Part shown: positions 8,805 through 17,897 of the stretch, piece by piece
How positions within the stretch are numbered: the stretch's first letter is position 1
How the letters are laid out: each line of letters begins with the position of its first letter
IMG/VR virus record: IMGVR_UViG_3300009163_000041
Span: 1-56,051 of that record
DNA from: a virus
Taxonomy: Duplodnaviria > Caudoviricetes
Strand: one strand, 5' to 3'
DNA: 56,051 bases
Position numbers and translations under genes: made by a program
The notes under the pieces: generated by a model
What the model was told of the DNA's origin: nothing
Databases searched by the model: none
Seen by the model: the letters and a program-made list of their open reading frames with translations, nothing else

Positions 8805-8994
8805 GTATTATTTTTTGATTCTGGGCAGGGGTTGAACCTACACCCAGAACCAGTAATGAGTGACGGTAGTGGATTTACATTGGAACTACCTTGCTCCTTT
8901 CTTTGTCCGAGGTTTCTAATGCGATGAGAGTACGCCGAGGGGATTAAATTTGAAACACCAAGTACTGTAAGAGTCTTACAGTTTTCGAGAGGAG

Positions 8995-9420
8995 CTAGTC
9001 TTTAACGACCCACACCGAAGCGTATTTGTGGGAGTCTGCGAAACGATCTGCTGATGATTTGCTGATGAAGAAAATATCTACGACAGGAAGTTTTCCCTTC
9101 GATGCTGTCTTCTCGATCACTGCCGTTCCTGTGTCGTGAACTTGTCTCACTCCAACGCCCTCGATCATCAGCTTTGTTCCGTAGTCGAATATCCTTGGAT
9201 CACATGCAACGCTGATTCCCTCCTTGAGCGTGTAGCCCGATGAGGATTGAAGCCTTCTTGTCCAGCAATCTTCGTTCCGATGGTAGGTGGTTAGCCTTAC
9301 CTTGATCTTTTTGGGTTCAGCCGTTTTTGATTGTCCAGTCGAAATTGAAGGCATCCCAAGGTTTCCGAAACTCGTCACGACCATCGTATTCACTAGAAGT
9401 GCAATTAAGCACTTCCGCAT
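8995..9420 (-). CDS. 3D-domain (MltA-like) cell-wall protein with signal-like N-terminus
   Basis: LTTY...SSSG...SVACDP...GTKLMIEG...VHDTG...VDIFF; start MRKCLIALLV at 9420. Confidence 0.75.
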   Translation of the reverse strand: MRKCLIALLVNTMVVTSFGNLGMPSISTGQSKTAEPKKIKVRLTTYHRNEDCWTRRLQSSSGYTLKEGISVACDPRIFDYGTKLMIEGVGVRQVHDTGTAVIEKTASKGKLPVVDIFFISKSSADRFADSHKYASVWVVKD

Positions 9421-9736
9421 AGTTACCCCATAGCGCAGTGAAACCGTGCCATAAGTGAGGCGGGATTGTGAGGGTTTGTTTTTTGTGTTCACTTAATATA
9501 TATGACCAGCTTAAGTTGCGGTCTGGGCAGTAAATGCCAACTAGAATCGTGCCTTTTATACAGCAAAACCTGTCAACTTGGAATTTGTGTAGATGCCAAG
9601 CCTTGATTACATTGGGAGCTACCCCAGTTACATAAACCTGTTTAATCTCACCGTCTTGCGATTTCCGTGCTATTTCATATAGCATACCCCTACCGTCTAG
9701 ATGAAGCTTCTTTTCCTCGAAGTATGGATCGCTCAT
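9317..9736 (-). CDS. dTDP-4-dehydrorhamnose 3,5-epimerase-like cupin (RmlC family)
   Basis: DGRG, KAWHLH, LTIPPHLWHGF, EYD..DE.R..WD motifs. Confidence 0.8.
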   Translation of the reverse strand: MSDPYFEEKKLHLDGRGMLYEIARKSQDGEIKQVYVTGVAPNVIKAWHLHKFQVDRFCCIKGTILVGIYCPDRNLSWSYILSEHKKQTLTIPPHLWHGFTALWGNYAEVLNCTSSEYDGRDEFRKPWDAFNFDWTIKNG

Positions 9737-10041
9737 TTCTTTGCCTTTTTACAGAATTCCACACTGTATTCAATACCCTTTACGAATGCCCAATTCAGTA
9801 GAGCTTTTTCGTCTTTTAGAATTCCGACCCTAGCCATTTTCAACAATACGGCCTTGGCGTTATCTGGAATATCCACATCCAGCTCAACCATCTTTATTTT
9901 TCTGGTTGCGAGTATTTTGATAGCTGGGAGATCTTTTTTAGGATCTTTGGGTTTGTCGGTTGTTGCCCAAGCTTTCTCGCCCATTTTGACTCGTTTAATT
10001 GCTCTTTTGATTTCTTCTTTTTTTTGCTCATTCTTCTTCAC
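9733..10041 (-). CDS. Basic hypothetical protein
   Basis: Overlap-coupled ORF. Confidence 0.6.
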   Translation of the reverse strand: MKKNEQKKEEIKRAIKRVKMGEKAWATTDKPKDPKKDLPAIKILATRKIKMVELDVDIPDNAKAVLLKMARVGILKDEKALLNWAFVKGIEYSVEFCKKAKK

Positions 10042-10246
10042 CTTCTGTTTCCTCCTTTGTTTCGGGTAAGTATCCCCAGTTGTTTATGCGCTTGTAAGTC
10101 TTTATAGCCGTGTCTTCAATAAAGGATGGGTCAACTACCTCTCCGTTCTCCGTCTTCGATTCTAGCACCCTTGTGGCTCCATTTTGGCATGCTAATTTGG
10201 CATAGTACCGTTTCCCATTCTGATTGAACCAGATGACGGTACTCAT
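10028..10246 (-). CDS. Hypothetical protein
   Basis: ATGA coupling. Confidence 0.6.
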   Translation of the reverse strand: MSTVIWFNQNGKRYYAKLACQNGATRVLESKTENGEVVDPSFIEDTAIKTYKRINNWGYLPETKEETEGEEE

Positions 10247-10548
10247 CTCTTAACCAGATAATCTTTTGCATAAGCCCAAGCTGGGTTCATATGAATCTTA
10301 ATATGACACTCAAAGCACACCGCCAAGAAAAACTCTACCTCGTTGAGCCTGTCCCCAAATCTCCCCCTGCGATGGTGAATTTGAGTCGCAATTTTACATT
10401 GGCACACTTGGCAGACTGGCGTGTTGCCTAGAAACTTCTCTCGCACATCAGAATAAACCTCGTTCTGCTTTCGTCTCTTGGTAGAAACTCGGCGTAGTTT
10501 CCCGCCTCGCTTGAGTGGGGTTTTGCGCTTGATGGGAGAGCGTTTCAT
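10243..10548 (-). CDS. HNH-type endonuclease
   Basis: CQVC...IHHRRGR...VCFECHIKIH; start MKRSPIKRK. Confidence 0.75.
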   Translation of the reverse strand: MKRSPIKRKTPLKRGGKLRRVSTKRRKQNEVYSDVREKFLGNTPVCQVCQCKIATQIHHRRGRFGDRLNEVEFFLAVCFECHIKIHMNPAWAYAKDYLVKR

Positions 10549-10718
10549 TTTTGTCTTAATAAAAAACAATAAGCATATAAAAGACAAAATAGTCCATCAT
10601 ACCATTGAAAATCGTGCCATCTAAGACTTCTGGAAATGATAATCCAAATAAAAGTGAAATGTATAAACCACGCTATTTTTTCAGCGAGCATATCTATAAA
10701 ATTAAATATGTTTTTCAT
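10545..10718 (-). CDS. Small membrane protein (57 aa)
   Basis: Read by hand: MKNIFNFIDMLAEKIAWFIHFTFIWIII...; ATGA-coupled on both sides. Confidence 0.5.
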   Translation of the reverse strand: MKNIFNFIDMLAEKIAWFIHFTFIWIIISRSLRWHDFQWYDGLFCLLYAYCFLLRQK

Positions 10719-10789
10719 CGGTCAAAGAACGGCAGAATCAATCCTAGCAAGCCGAGGGCGGTAAGAATGATTGGGAAGCATTCGTTCAT
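10715..10789 (-). CDS. 24-aa hydrophobic peptide
   Basis: MNECFPIILTALGLLGLILPFFDR; ATGA-coupled on both sides. Confidence 0.45.
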   Translation of the reverse strand: MNECFPIILTALGLLGLILPFFDR

Positions 10790-10920
10790 TTCAATAGTTT
10801 GGATATGGATTCAAACATCCAGACAAATACATAAACAAGAATAATGCATGCCCAAAATGTTATATTTATAAGTACAATTCCAAGCACAATTCCAATCCCA
10901 ATCTTTAGTCCTAGTATCAT
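10786..10920 (-). CDS. Small membrane protein
   Basis: MILGLKIGIGIVLGIVLINITFWACII...; ATGA coupling. Confidence 0.55.
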   Translation of the reverse strand: MILGLKIGIGIVLGIVLINITFWACIILVYVFVWMFESISKLLK

Positions 10921-11150
10921 TTTTTTCTTTTGGCTGTTTCCTTGAAGTAAGCCTCCCACTCCATACAAGCCTTGAGTCCCTCTGCCTTATCGGTAAATCG
11001 CCACTTGAATTCAGGTGGTATTCCACCGAAACCAAATCTCGAACCCATTGGATTGACCGAAGATCCAGTATCAATCATAAGATTCCAGCATCCCTCGTCC
11101 TGCTCCAAGAAAACCTTATAGTTTGTTATAAAGCTCGACAATGGGTTCAA
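10917..11150 (-). CDS. Hypothetical protein
   Basis: 77-aa ORF in operon. Confidence 0.55.
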   Translation of the reverse strand: MNPLSSFITNYKVFLEQDEGCWNLMIDTGSSVNPMGSRFGFGGIPPEFKWRFTDKAEGLKACMEWEAYFKETAKRKK

Positions 11151-11739
11151 GATCTTTTTTGATTAGTTGTTTGCGTTCTTCCGACCATTTATCAACAGGC
11201 ATCTTTCTGGATTCCTGCTTCAGCCACCGCACACCCTCTTGCGACCAAGCAACAAGATTGAATGATGGAGAAACTAGCTCATCGTCGATCTCGTTGTATT
11301 CAGCAAGAGTCTTTCGCATATTGATCCGTAGCTCTGAAACAGTCCACTCGTTCTCATTGGCCTTCTCAAGCCACTTCTTTTGTTCCGAGATTTCCAATGC
11401 GGCCACTTCACGATGATGTGACCAAGATAAGGTTTGAAACCGATTCTGTGCGGGAACCTTTGATGAAACGAAATTACAAGCCTTCAAGTAATCCTGCCGA
11501 TGCTTTGTCACTGCTTCTGCTTGGCTGTACTTCTGACCGTAGGTATGCTCACCGAAAACAAGCCAATCCCCAATCCACCAATTTAGGCTGGATTCCATGC
11601 CTGTAAGAACCTTCCCTACATCTAGCCATTTCTCGATTGTGTGCTTGCCTTCGATGACCAGTTCCATTGGCTTGAACTGAAAGCCGTCTAGGGTAAGTCC
11701 CATGGGTTGTGTAATTGTTATTTCATTTTCGTTTTTCAT
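11116..11739 (-). CDS. LmbU-like DNA-binding/regulatory protein
   Basis: WWIGDWLVFGE..YG..Y and LSWSHHREVAAL...WL..A....WTVSELR. Confidence 0.7.
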   Translation of the reverse strand: MKNENEITITQPMGLTLDGFQFKPMELVIEGKHTIEKWLDVGKVLTGMESSLNWWIGDWLVFGEHTYGQKYSQAEAVTKHRQDYLKACNFVSSKVPAQNRFQTLSWSHHREVAALEISEQKKWLEKANENEWTVSELRINMRKTLAEYNEIDDELVSPSFNLVAWSQEGVRWLKQESRKMPVDKWSEERKQLIKKDLEPIVELYNKL

Positions 11740-12286
11740 GTTTTATTTTCCTATGGTTTGCGAGTCTATAAGATTCTCTCGATAGTTGAGATTTCATAAG
11801 TCTCGGCGGGGATAAGTCAAGCTTTTCGCAAAGTGAAACAAGTTGCTTGTCGAGAGCCTGCTTAGAAACTCCATACTTCTTTGCCAGATCGGTGAGAGTA
11901 ATTCCTTGCCGAAGTCTAATACCAGTAGCACAGGCATAAAGATCTGCCGTCTTTCTAGGGTTGGATGAGTCCACAATTGAACATATGACCTGTGCGATAG
12001 CCTCCCAGACCTTTTCTGAAAGCTGACTTTCAACATACTGGGTGAGGGCTTCTTGTACCGTGATAGACTTATTGGAACTGTGAATTGCCGACAGGTAGAT
12101 TTTTTCCACGACAATACGAAACTCCGATAGTGTTTTTGGAATTGGTTCTCTGAATGAGTGAATTGATTCACGAATTGAGTCTTCTATTGTATCGATGTTT
12201 TTTGATGGATCATCGTAATAACTAGCCGAATTGGAATCTGCTGGATCTTCCATGAGGTTGATTTTTATACAACATATAGATCCCAT
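11723..12286 (-). CDS. C-terminal HTH protein (sigma region-4-like)
   Basis: GITLTDLAKKYGVSKQALDKQL. Confidence 0.6.
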   Translation of the reverse strand: MGSICCIKINLMEDPADSNSASYYDDPSKNIDTIEDSIRESIHSFREPIPKTLSEFRIVVEKIYLSAIHSSNKSITVQEALTQYVESQLSEKVWEAIAQVICSIVDSSNPRKTADLYACATGIRLRQGITLTDLAKKYGVSKQALDKQLVSLCEKLDLSPPRLMKSQLSRESYRLANHRKIKHEKRK

Positions 12287-12303
12287 GTAAACACATTTTG
12301 TGT

Positions 12304-13005
12304 TTATTCATATGGGCTTCCAGCATCCACCCATGCGTAGCGATCCTTGTAACCCAGCCGTTTCCAAGCTGGATCACTTTGGCATGATGACTGGCTAGGC
12401 TTTGGTTTAATTTTAACCTCAACCGTACCTTCGCATTTGTTTAGCCAGTTCACAATAAATCTAAGGGTCATTCTGCGCCCCTGTCTTGTGGCAAGCCAAG
12501 CTTTCATTTTGCGAAGTTCGTCCTCAACTTTTACGCCTCGCTTCCGATGCTCCTCTAATACTTTAGTTAGCTTATCTTGATCATTATCTGTATTAGTATT
12601 ATCAATGCTATTACTATTGCTATTGCTACACACATCGTTTGGACAATGACTAGACACTAGCTCTTCTAATCTGTTGTTAGACTTACTCTTACGCCATTCA
12701 GCCTTTTTTGACTCCTCCCGAATCATTCTGCGACAGAACGCCATTCCATCACTAGCTCTTGCATATACCCCAGCCTCAACGAGTTCCCTATCGAGAGCCG
12801 TAACCTCATCAGAAGAGAGGTGGAGTTTTCGCTCCAACTGCTCCCTTGTGATGGGGCTAGAGTCTGCATTCAATAAGTACCCCCGACGAGGGCTGTTATG
12901 CATGATTAGGAGAAGCTCAAACCAAAAGCCCCTAGCCGATATAGACAAGTGATGTGTGTCACTTGCCCAATCGGAAGGAAAGAATTTAAAGTAAGGTAGC
13001 TTCAA
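12304..13005 (-). CDS. Replication initiator-like protein (DUF1376-like N-terminus)
   Basis: LPYFKFFPSDW.SD...LS..ARG.W.ELL..M; C-terminal F.VNWL. Confidence 0.7.
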   Translation of the reverse strand: MKLPYFKFFPSDWASDTHHLSISARGFWFELLLIMHNSPRRGYLLNADSSPITREQLERKLHLSSDEVTALDRELVEAGVYARASDGMAFCRRMIREESKKAEWRKSKSNNRLEELVSSHCPNDVCSNSNSNSIDNTNTDNDQDKLTKVLEEHRKRGVKVEDELRKMKAWLATRQGRRMTLRFIVNWLNKCEGTVEVKIKPKPSQSSCQSDPAWKRLGYKDRYAWVDAGSPYE

Positions 13006-13769
13006 TTGATATGTGGGTAATACTTATTAGCCCACTGCCAATACGCCAGAATTCCGAGGAACGCTGGCTTTGCTTTTGCCAATTCCTGTTCGTCCCATTT
13101 GTGAAGCTTGATCTGCAAGTCTTCCGTGGAACTAAACAGGATGTTCGCACAGGCCACATCTTCACCCAGTGCCAGCCGATAGGCCGACAACTGAATGCAG
13201 TACGAGTCCCATGCCGTCAATTTCTTGCCCTTGGGATCAGAAGTTTTAAGGTCAAGCAAAGTGCGCTCTCCCTTTGTCGTTCCATCCTTTAGGTATGCGA
13301 GTGTATCGAATCTTCCAGCGAATCCGTACTCTTTACAGATCACCACAGATTCAGATTGCTCAATCGACAAGATGTTTTCCGACTTCCACTCCAGAAGCAT
13401 CTCGACCCGCTTTTTATCTAGATCAGTCTGCTCCTCAAGCTTAATGGTATCCAAGCCTTCCCACAAAGAGTGGATATGTGTACCCTTTTCCATGGCCTCA
13501 CGGCTCTGGGCATTAGAGTCTTCATCCACCCTTTCGATGAATTGGTCATCAGTTTCTCCACGAATCCTCTGAAGGGTAAGCAGTGAAAGCGCAAACCTTT
13601 CCCGCTTGTAGTTTTCTAGGCCGTAGTTCTTGCTGGCAGACATGGCGGTAGTTACCGATGGGAAAGCCCTACAAGGTCTTGCCATCCGTAGCCCACCCTC
13701 AACTGCCATTCCATACTGGTCATAGAAGTGACCAAACCCCTGTTTCTGTGCTGGTATGATTGTAGCCAT
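13002..13769 (-). CDS. PD-(D/E)XK exonuclease
   Basis: PSVTT, GT.IH, FAGRFD, LLDLKTS, QLSAY. Confidence 0.85.
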   Translation of the reverse strand: MATIIPAQKQGFGHFYDQYGMAVEGGLRMARPCRAFPSVTTAMSASKNYGLENYKRERFALSLLTLQRIRGETDDQFIERVDEDSNAQSREAMEKGTHIHSLWEGLDTIKLEEQTDLDKKRVEMLLEWKSENILSIEQSESVVICKEYGFAGRFDTLAYLKDGTTKGERTLLDLKTSDPKGKKLTAWDSYCIQLSAYRLALGEDVACANILFSSTEDLQIKLHKWDEQELAKAKPAFLGILAYWQWANKYYPHIN

Positions 13770-13770
13770 T

Positions 13771-14505
13771 TTAGAACGCCTCCGTTTCGTTTAGATCATC
13801 GACATCGTTTGCGGCCGTATCCAAGGCATCGCGAAGCTTCTGGGAAGCATCATCGATTTTGCCCTTGAATGGTTGTGGGTTCCACTCACGAATCCACCAA
13901 TCCAAGCTCTTTGGAGGTAGATTGCCCAAGGCAGTGCCTTTGTTCTTACCGAAGTGAATCACTACTCCTCGCCAGTCTTCACCGCTTTTAGAGCCATTTA
14001 CAGGCGATTTTTCGCTATTCCCTTCAGTAGTGTGGCTCTCGACTGGCTGTTCCAGTTCGATCTTGGGTGCTGGCTTGGCTTTGATTACTGGCTGTGCCTG
14101 TCCTCGACCCATCGCCATTTCACCGTCATCATCCTCCTCTGCGACTACTCCGACCATAGATGCCAAGGCATACCGCCGTGCGTAGGTGATGGCAGACCCG
14201 ATTGCTTGCGGATCGTTCTTAATAGGATTAACTGGATAGACTCCACGCAACCACTGTCCCGACGAATGAAGCAGAGTCGTTACCAGTGCCGTCTGGCCGT
14301 TGATGATCGTTGTGGGTTGAGTCACCACAAGGTCATTCGCTACCAGCGCAGATTTACAGGCATCCACTACCGAGCCAAAGTCTGCGTATTTCGACTTGAA
14401 GAATGGGTTGTCATTCTGCTTTTTGGCAACCTTCATCTTATCCCAAGCACTGATCAGTGCCTTAGAGATCAGATCTGTTTTTTCTGATTGTAACTGCATT
14501 TCCAT
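13771..14505 (-). CDS. erf: ERF-family ssDNA annealing protein
   Basis: NPFFKSKYA, LLHSSGQW, GSAITYARRYAL...EDDDG. Confidence 0.9.
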   Translation of the reverse strand: MEMQLQSEKTDLISKALISAWDKMKVAKKQNDNPFFKSKYADFGSVVDACKSALVANDLVVTQPTTIINGQTALVTTLLHSSGQWLRGVYPVNPIKNDPQAIGSAITYARRYALASMVGVVAEEDDDGEMAMGRGQAQPVIKAKPAPKIELEQPVESHTTEGNSEKSPVNGSKSGEDWRGVVIHFGKNKGTALGNLPPKSLDWWIREWNPQPFKGKIDDASQKLRDALDTAANDVDDLNETEAF

Positions 14506-14515
14506 ATTTTCTCCT

Positions 14516-14878
14516 TTATGATTTTAATTCTCTAGTCTGAAAGAATCCAGCCAACTCTGGCTCTTCATCCATCAGAATCCTTGCATAGCGTGAGGAATAG
14601 TTGTTGTTAAGCTTAAAGTCTGGATCGGTTGTTTCCAATGCCCTGTGGAATCGGACAACCTCCACGATGGCTTTAATTCCATAGTGATTCCAGCCCTTGC
14701 GCCTCAACTGTAATGCCCGATCTCGAAGAGCCGTGTAAACCTGTGGGTTTTCAGCGTGAAACTCTTGAAACTTGGCCTCAAGCCGTGATTCGTCTTCGAA
14801 TCCAAGCTCGCACTGTTCCGCAACCTCAAGCATGGATTTTTGCCTTCTCGAAGTGTTTTTTCCAACGGATTTTAGCAT
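14516..14878 (-). CDS. Conserved-type phage hypothetical protein
   Basis: FH.ENP.VY...FKLNNNY..RYAR pattern; true start probably 14833. Confidence 0.7.
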   Translation of the reverse strand: MLKSVGKNTSRRQKSMLEVAEQCELGFEDESRLEAKFQEFHAENPQVYTALRDRALQLRRKGWNHYGIKAIVEVVRFHRALETTDPDFKLNNNYSSRYARILMDEEPELAGFFQTRELKS

Positions 14879-15035
14879 TCAATCGGTTCGCCTTTGTTTT
14901 AGCGTCTGATCTTTTGCTTCCACCCTTGGCTCCAATCGAAGCCATATATTTTCTGATTAGTGTATTTGGTTCCATGTGTTCTCCTTTATGCAGAGCCGTT
15001 TTGACTTTGACAAGTGTTTTCTTGTCCAAGATCAA
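14826..15035 (-). CDS. Small basic protein
   Basis: IGAKGG...K..ANR.NA..RW motif. Confidence 0.55.
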   Translation of the reverse strand: MILDKKTLVKVKTALHKGEHMEPNTLIRKYMASIGAKGGSKRSDAKTKANRLNAKIRWKKHFEKAKIHA

Positions 15036-15234
15036 ATATGGCTTGCGTTGCCTGTCCTACTGCCTTTGCCAATTCAGTCTGCCCAGAATGAATGGCTTCC
15101 GACACCTTGCAGAAATGTTCCCGCAAGATTTTGTTTTCTTTTTTGAGTCTGGAGTTCTCTTCCTCCAGCTTTAGCTCAAACTGTTCTGCCTCGTATCTCA
15201 TTTGATTTCCTCCGTATGTTTTGCGGTAAGACAT
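14986..15234 (-). CDS. Coiled-coil hypothetical protein
   Basis: GGAGG before MRYEA (15201). Confidence 0.55.
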   Translation of the reverse strand: MSYRKTYGGNQMRYEAEQFELKLEEENSRLKKENKILREHFCKVSEAIHSGQTELAKAVGQATQAIFDLGQENTCQSQNGSA

Positions 15235-15327
15235 TTGATCTCGTCCAAGAGTTCAAACAGTCTCCCATATTTAGGGTCATTTACTGGAAGCTCCTCCCAG
15301 TATGTCATCGCACTGAACCACGCACCA

Positions 15328-15633
15328 TTAACACTCCAGCAGAGGTTTTTGATTATCGTAGTTGCGCTTTGGCGGGTAGGGTTTTCCGACAGCTTGCCTC
15401 GCATGGTACGAGCCAAAATCGTAGCCAGCCCAATAGGCGAGTCCGTCAGCTTCTTTGATTTGTTTCTCCGTTTGGTCGTGTTCATATTCTAGATCCCAAC
15501 ATTTCCTTCCTATGTAGTATCCGAGGGCGAAAGCCTGTCTCTCGACCTCAGATGTTTTCAGTGATCCATAACCATCCCCCACCTTTGGAGGATTGTAAGG
15601 ATGTTTAGTAACATCTTTGTTCTGCTGTGACAT
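15328..15633 (-). CDS. Hypothetical protein with two A(F/Y)xxGYxxG repeats
   Basis: AFALGYYIG and AYWAGYDFG; start uncertain. Confidence 0.45.
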   Translation of the reverse strand: MSQQNKDVTKHPYNPPKVGDGYGSLKTSEVERQAFALGYYIGRKCWDLEYEHDQTEKQIKEADGLAYWAGYDFGSYHARQAVGKPYPPKRNYDNQKPLLEC

Positions 15634-15922
15634 GTGTTCTATCGAAGACCACATTCTCCGCAATTTCAATCATTCCTTTAGATGGCTTTTTTACTAAAGT
15701 ATCACCGTCATAAATCTCTAGGCCGTCGATCCACATTTCATGCCCCTCCGACTCCCAGCTAGAACGCTTATCACTGCCTCGCATCCCCCAGAATTCATAT
15801 GACCCGATGCCTACCCTCTCCCTGTAACAGCGATGAAACGCTACGCCGACACAGTTGTACTCTTTGCCCTCAAATTGAAATTTGAGTTCGTCAAAATATA
15901 TTTCATGTTCTTGTGAGTTCAT
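15605..15922 (-). CDS. Hypothetical protein
   Basis: Possible leaderless start after promoter-like 15929-15957. Confidence 0.65.
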   Translation of the reverse strand: MNSQEHEIYFDELKFQFEGKEYNCVGVAFHRCYRERVGIGSYEFWGMRGSDKRSSWESEGHEMWIDGLEIYDGDTLVKKPSKGMIEIAENVVFDRTHVTAEQRCY

Positions 15923-15938
15923 GGTTAGTTCCTACAGA

Positions 15939-16187
15939 TTACGATGCGGATTGGCAAGAATTATTTTGCTCCCTTGCCTTTATAACTTTTTTGGCGCATT
16001 TCGGACAAGTTGGCAGTCCGTTCTGGTCTTCAATCGAAAGATCGTAACAAATGTATTTCCCACTGATTTTACAACCAAACGATCCGTTGACCAAGGCATG
16101 GGTATGATAAGCCCAGTCCCAATTCTTTTTGAAGAAGGGATGGTCGCTCATATTCCCACCAGTCTGATAGATCTCTATTTGGTTCAT
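15939..16187 (-). CDS. Small Cys/His-rich putative zinc-binding protein
   Basis: HTHA..GC...C...TCPKC; ATG 6 nt after -10. Confidence 0.65.
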   Translation of the reverse strand: MNQIEIYQTGGNMSDHPFFKKNWDWAYHTHALVNGSFGCKISGKYICYDLSIEDQNGLPTCPKCAKKVIKAREQNNSCQSAS

Positions 16188-16193
16188 GGCTAT

Positions 16194-16222
16194 ACCCTAT
16201 ACGATACCAACCAGCTTTGCAA
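16194..16222 (-). promoter_or_regulatory. Early/middle promoter with palindrome heading the recombination-replication operon
   Basis: TTGCAA-17-TAGGGT; TACCAA-CCAGC-TTTGCA. Confidence 0.8.
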
Positions 16223-16270
16223 GCATTATTTTAGGCTTGCGTAAGGCATTGATGACATCAGCCTAACGGT

Positions 16271-16618
16271 ATGGCATCAAAGCTTGAGGCGAAATTCCTG
16301 TTCTACTGGAGATCATCCAATGGTACTTCCTTGGAGGTTGAGTACCGATTCTGCCCAGAGCGCAAGTGGAGATCAGACTTTGCCGATGTAAACGCCAAGT
16401 GCCTTTTCGAGATCGAGGGCGGTCAGTGGATTATGGGCAGACATCAGCGGGGATCTGGATTCGCCAAGGATGCCGAGAAGTATAATGTGGCAAGCTATCT
16501 GGGATGGAAAGTATTCCGAATCACCCCCTCGATGCTTACCCTAGACTATGTGGAAGATCTAATCAGAATTTGCCGAGGTCTTGCGGTTTCAAACAGCTTT
16601 ATTTCTGGGAAGCACTAG
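16271..16618 (+). CDS. DUF559/Vsr-like endonuclease
   Basis: EYRF..ERKWR.DFA...EIEGG.W..GRH.RG.GF..D.EKYN.A...GW.V.R. Confidence 0.8.
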   Translation: MASKLEAKFLFYWRSSNGTSLEVEYRFCPERKWRSDFADVNAKCLFEIEGGQWIMGRHQRGSGFAKDAEKYNVASYLGWKVFRITPSMLTLDYVEDLIRICRGLAVSNSFISGKH

Positions 16619-16895
16619 GCTTGTTCACTACTCGATAATGATTGATCGGCATAATCCTTCTTCCTGTGACATCTACAATTCTGAACTTCTTGACTTCCAG
16701 AATTCCTTTCTTGCACATATCGGCCAGCATAAGATGTCTGCCACCACCCCTTGTATAAGTTAATCCAAAGTTCTCCATTACCTCTCCAACTTTTACCCAT
16801 TCTGGGGGAACATTGTCCTCTAGAGTTTGAATGTATCCAATAAGCGTAGAAGCCCACTTGCCTTCGATTGGCTTGTTCGGCTTTCTTTGCTTCAT
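16599..16895 (-). CDS. Hypothetical (winged-helix-like) protein
   Basis: ATGA-coupled to phosphoesterase. Confidence 0.55.
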   Translation of the reverse strand: MKQRKPNKPIEGKWASTLIGYIQTLEDNVPPEWVKVGEVMENFGLTYTRGGGRHLMLADMCKKGILEVKKFRIVDVTGRRIMPINHYRVVNKPSASQK

Positions 16896-17635
16896 ATAAT
16901 CTTAAAGTCAGTAGATACAATCCAATCACCACTTACTTTTCTGGCTTGATGCACAATGAATCCTCCGTTGTTTAGTAACAATCCATACACAAATCCGTTC
17001 TCTTGAGCAAGCGAAGAAATTGTGGCTCTGTTGTACTCGTAATCAAGACGGCAAAGGCACCCAGCGATCCAGCCCTGCCGAGGGGTCAAGCCCTCAACGG
17101 TTGCCTGCTGAATAGTGTGACAATGCCCCATCACGATATTCTCTCCGTAACCTTGCAGAGTTTTGCGAATTGCCATAGCTCCGTGGGCATACCCATGCAG
17201 AAATAAAAGCCTGCCCTCACGATGAATTCCTTTTCTTTTGTCGTATGGGTAAATTATCGTTCCCTGCTTCTTGCACAAATCCTCGATTTCATTCACTCCG
17301 TTTTGGGCTGCGTCCCGCTTCAGGCCATCCTCAACATCGTTATCTGCCAGATCCCATAAACGCTCACAATGATTTCCCCTCAGATAAACATTCGGCTTCC
17401 ATTCTTTTAGAAATTCCATTCCCATCGCCACATCGTCTGCGATGCTATCTGCCTTCTCTGCGTTGCCTGCTTTTTTGCGAAGGCAACGAAAGTCAAAAAG
17501 ATCGCCTCCAAAAATCTTTACATCTGGCTTAAAAGACTTGGTGAATTCGTATAGCTTTTTAACGACAGACTGATCTGCCATATCGCCGTGAAGATCAAAT
17601 GAAGCGATGAACTTACGATGCTTCATTTTATCCAA
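16892..17635 (-). CDS. Calcineurin-like metallophosphoesterase
   Basis: DLHG, GGDLFD, GNH, HG, GHCH motifs. Confidence 0.9.
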   Translation of the reverse strand: MDKMKHRKFIASFDLHGDMADQSVVKKLYEFTKSFKPDVKIFGGDLFDFRCLRKKAGNAEKADSIADDVAMGMEFLKEWKPNVYLRGNHCERLWDLADNDVEDGLKRDAAQNGVNEIEDLCKKQGTIIYPYDKRKGIHREGRLLFLHGYAHGAMAIRKTLQGYGENIVMGHCHTIQQATVEGLTPRQGWIAGCLCRLDYEYNRATISSLAQENGFVYGLLLNNGGFIVHQARKVSGDWIVSTDFKII

Positions 17636-17897
17636 GTAGCTTTATGATTTTCTTGCGGAGGTAGGTCGCACTTTTCTTGGACTTTGCATCCTGTACTAGT
17701 TCGCAGGCTTTTTCCGCAAAAGCAAGGTAATAGTTGGCTAAATCTAAGATTTCCTGCATGATCTCACCCATTAGTGGCTTCTCTTCCAGCTTGGTTTGGT
17801 ACTTGGAGTATCCCTTTAGGTACTTGTCATACATTAAGCCCTGCATCTTTTTCGATAGCCTCCTGCCGTGAGCCAGCCTGTCCTTTGGGATTTTCAA
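17628..17897 (-). CDS. Hypothetical (MazG/dUTPase-like helical) protein
   Basis: KY.KG..KY...EIMQEILDLANY. Confidence 0.5.
   Translation of the reverse strand: MKIPKDRLAHGRRLSKKMQGLMYDKYLKGYSKYQTKLEEKPLMGEIMQEILDLANYYLAFAEKACELVQDAKSKKSATYLRKKIIKLLG

Noticed and set aside
8815-8890. Full tRNA gene
   Set aside because: Only T-arm and acceptor-like stem; no D or anticodon arm could be folded
15198-15485. 95-aa ORF as annotated
   Set aside because: Overlaps 15328-15633 extensively; only the C-terminal part may be coding and its start is unclear
16252-16257. ATGACA 13 nt before the DUF559-like gene
   Set aside because: One mismatch and a non-structural gene; not counted
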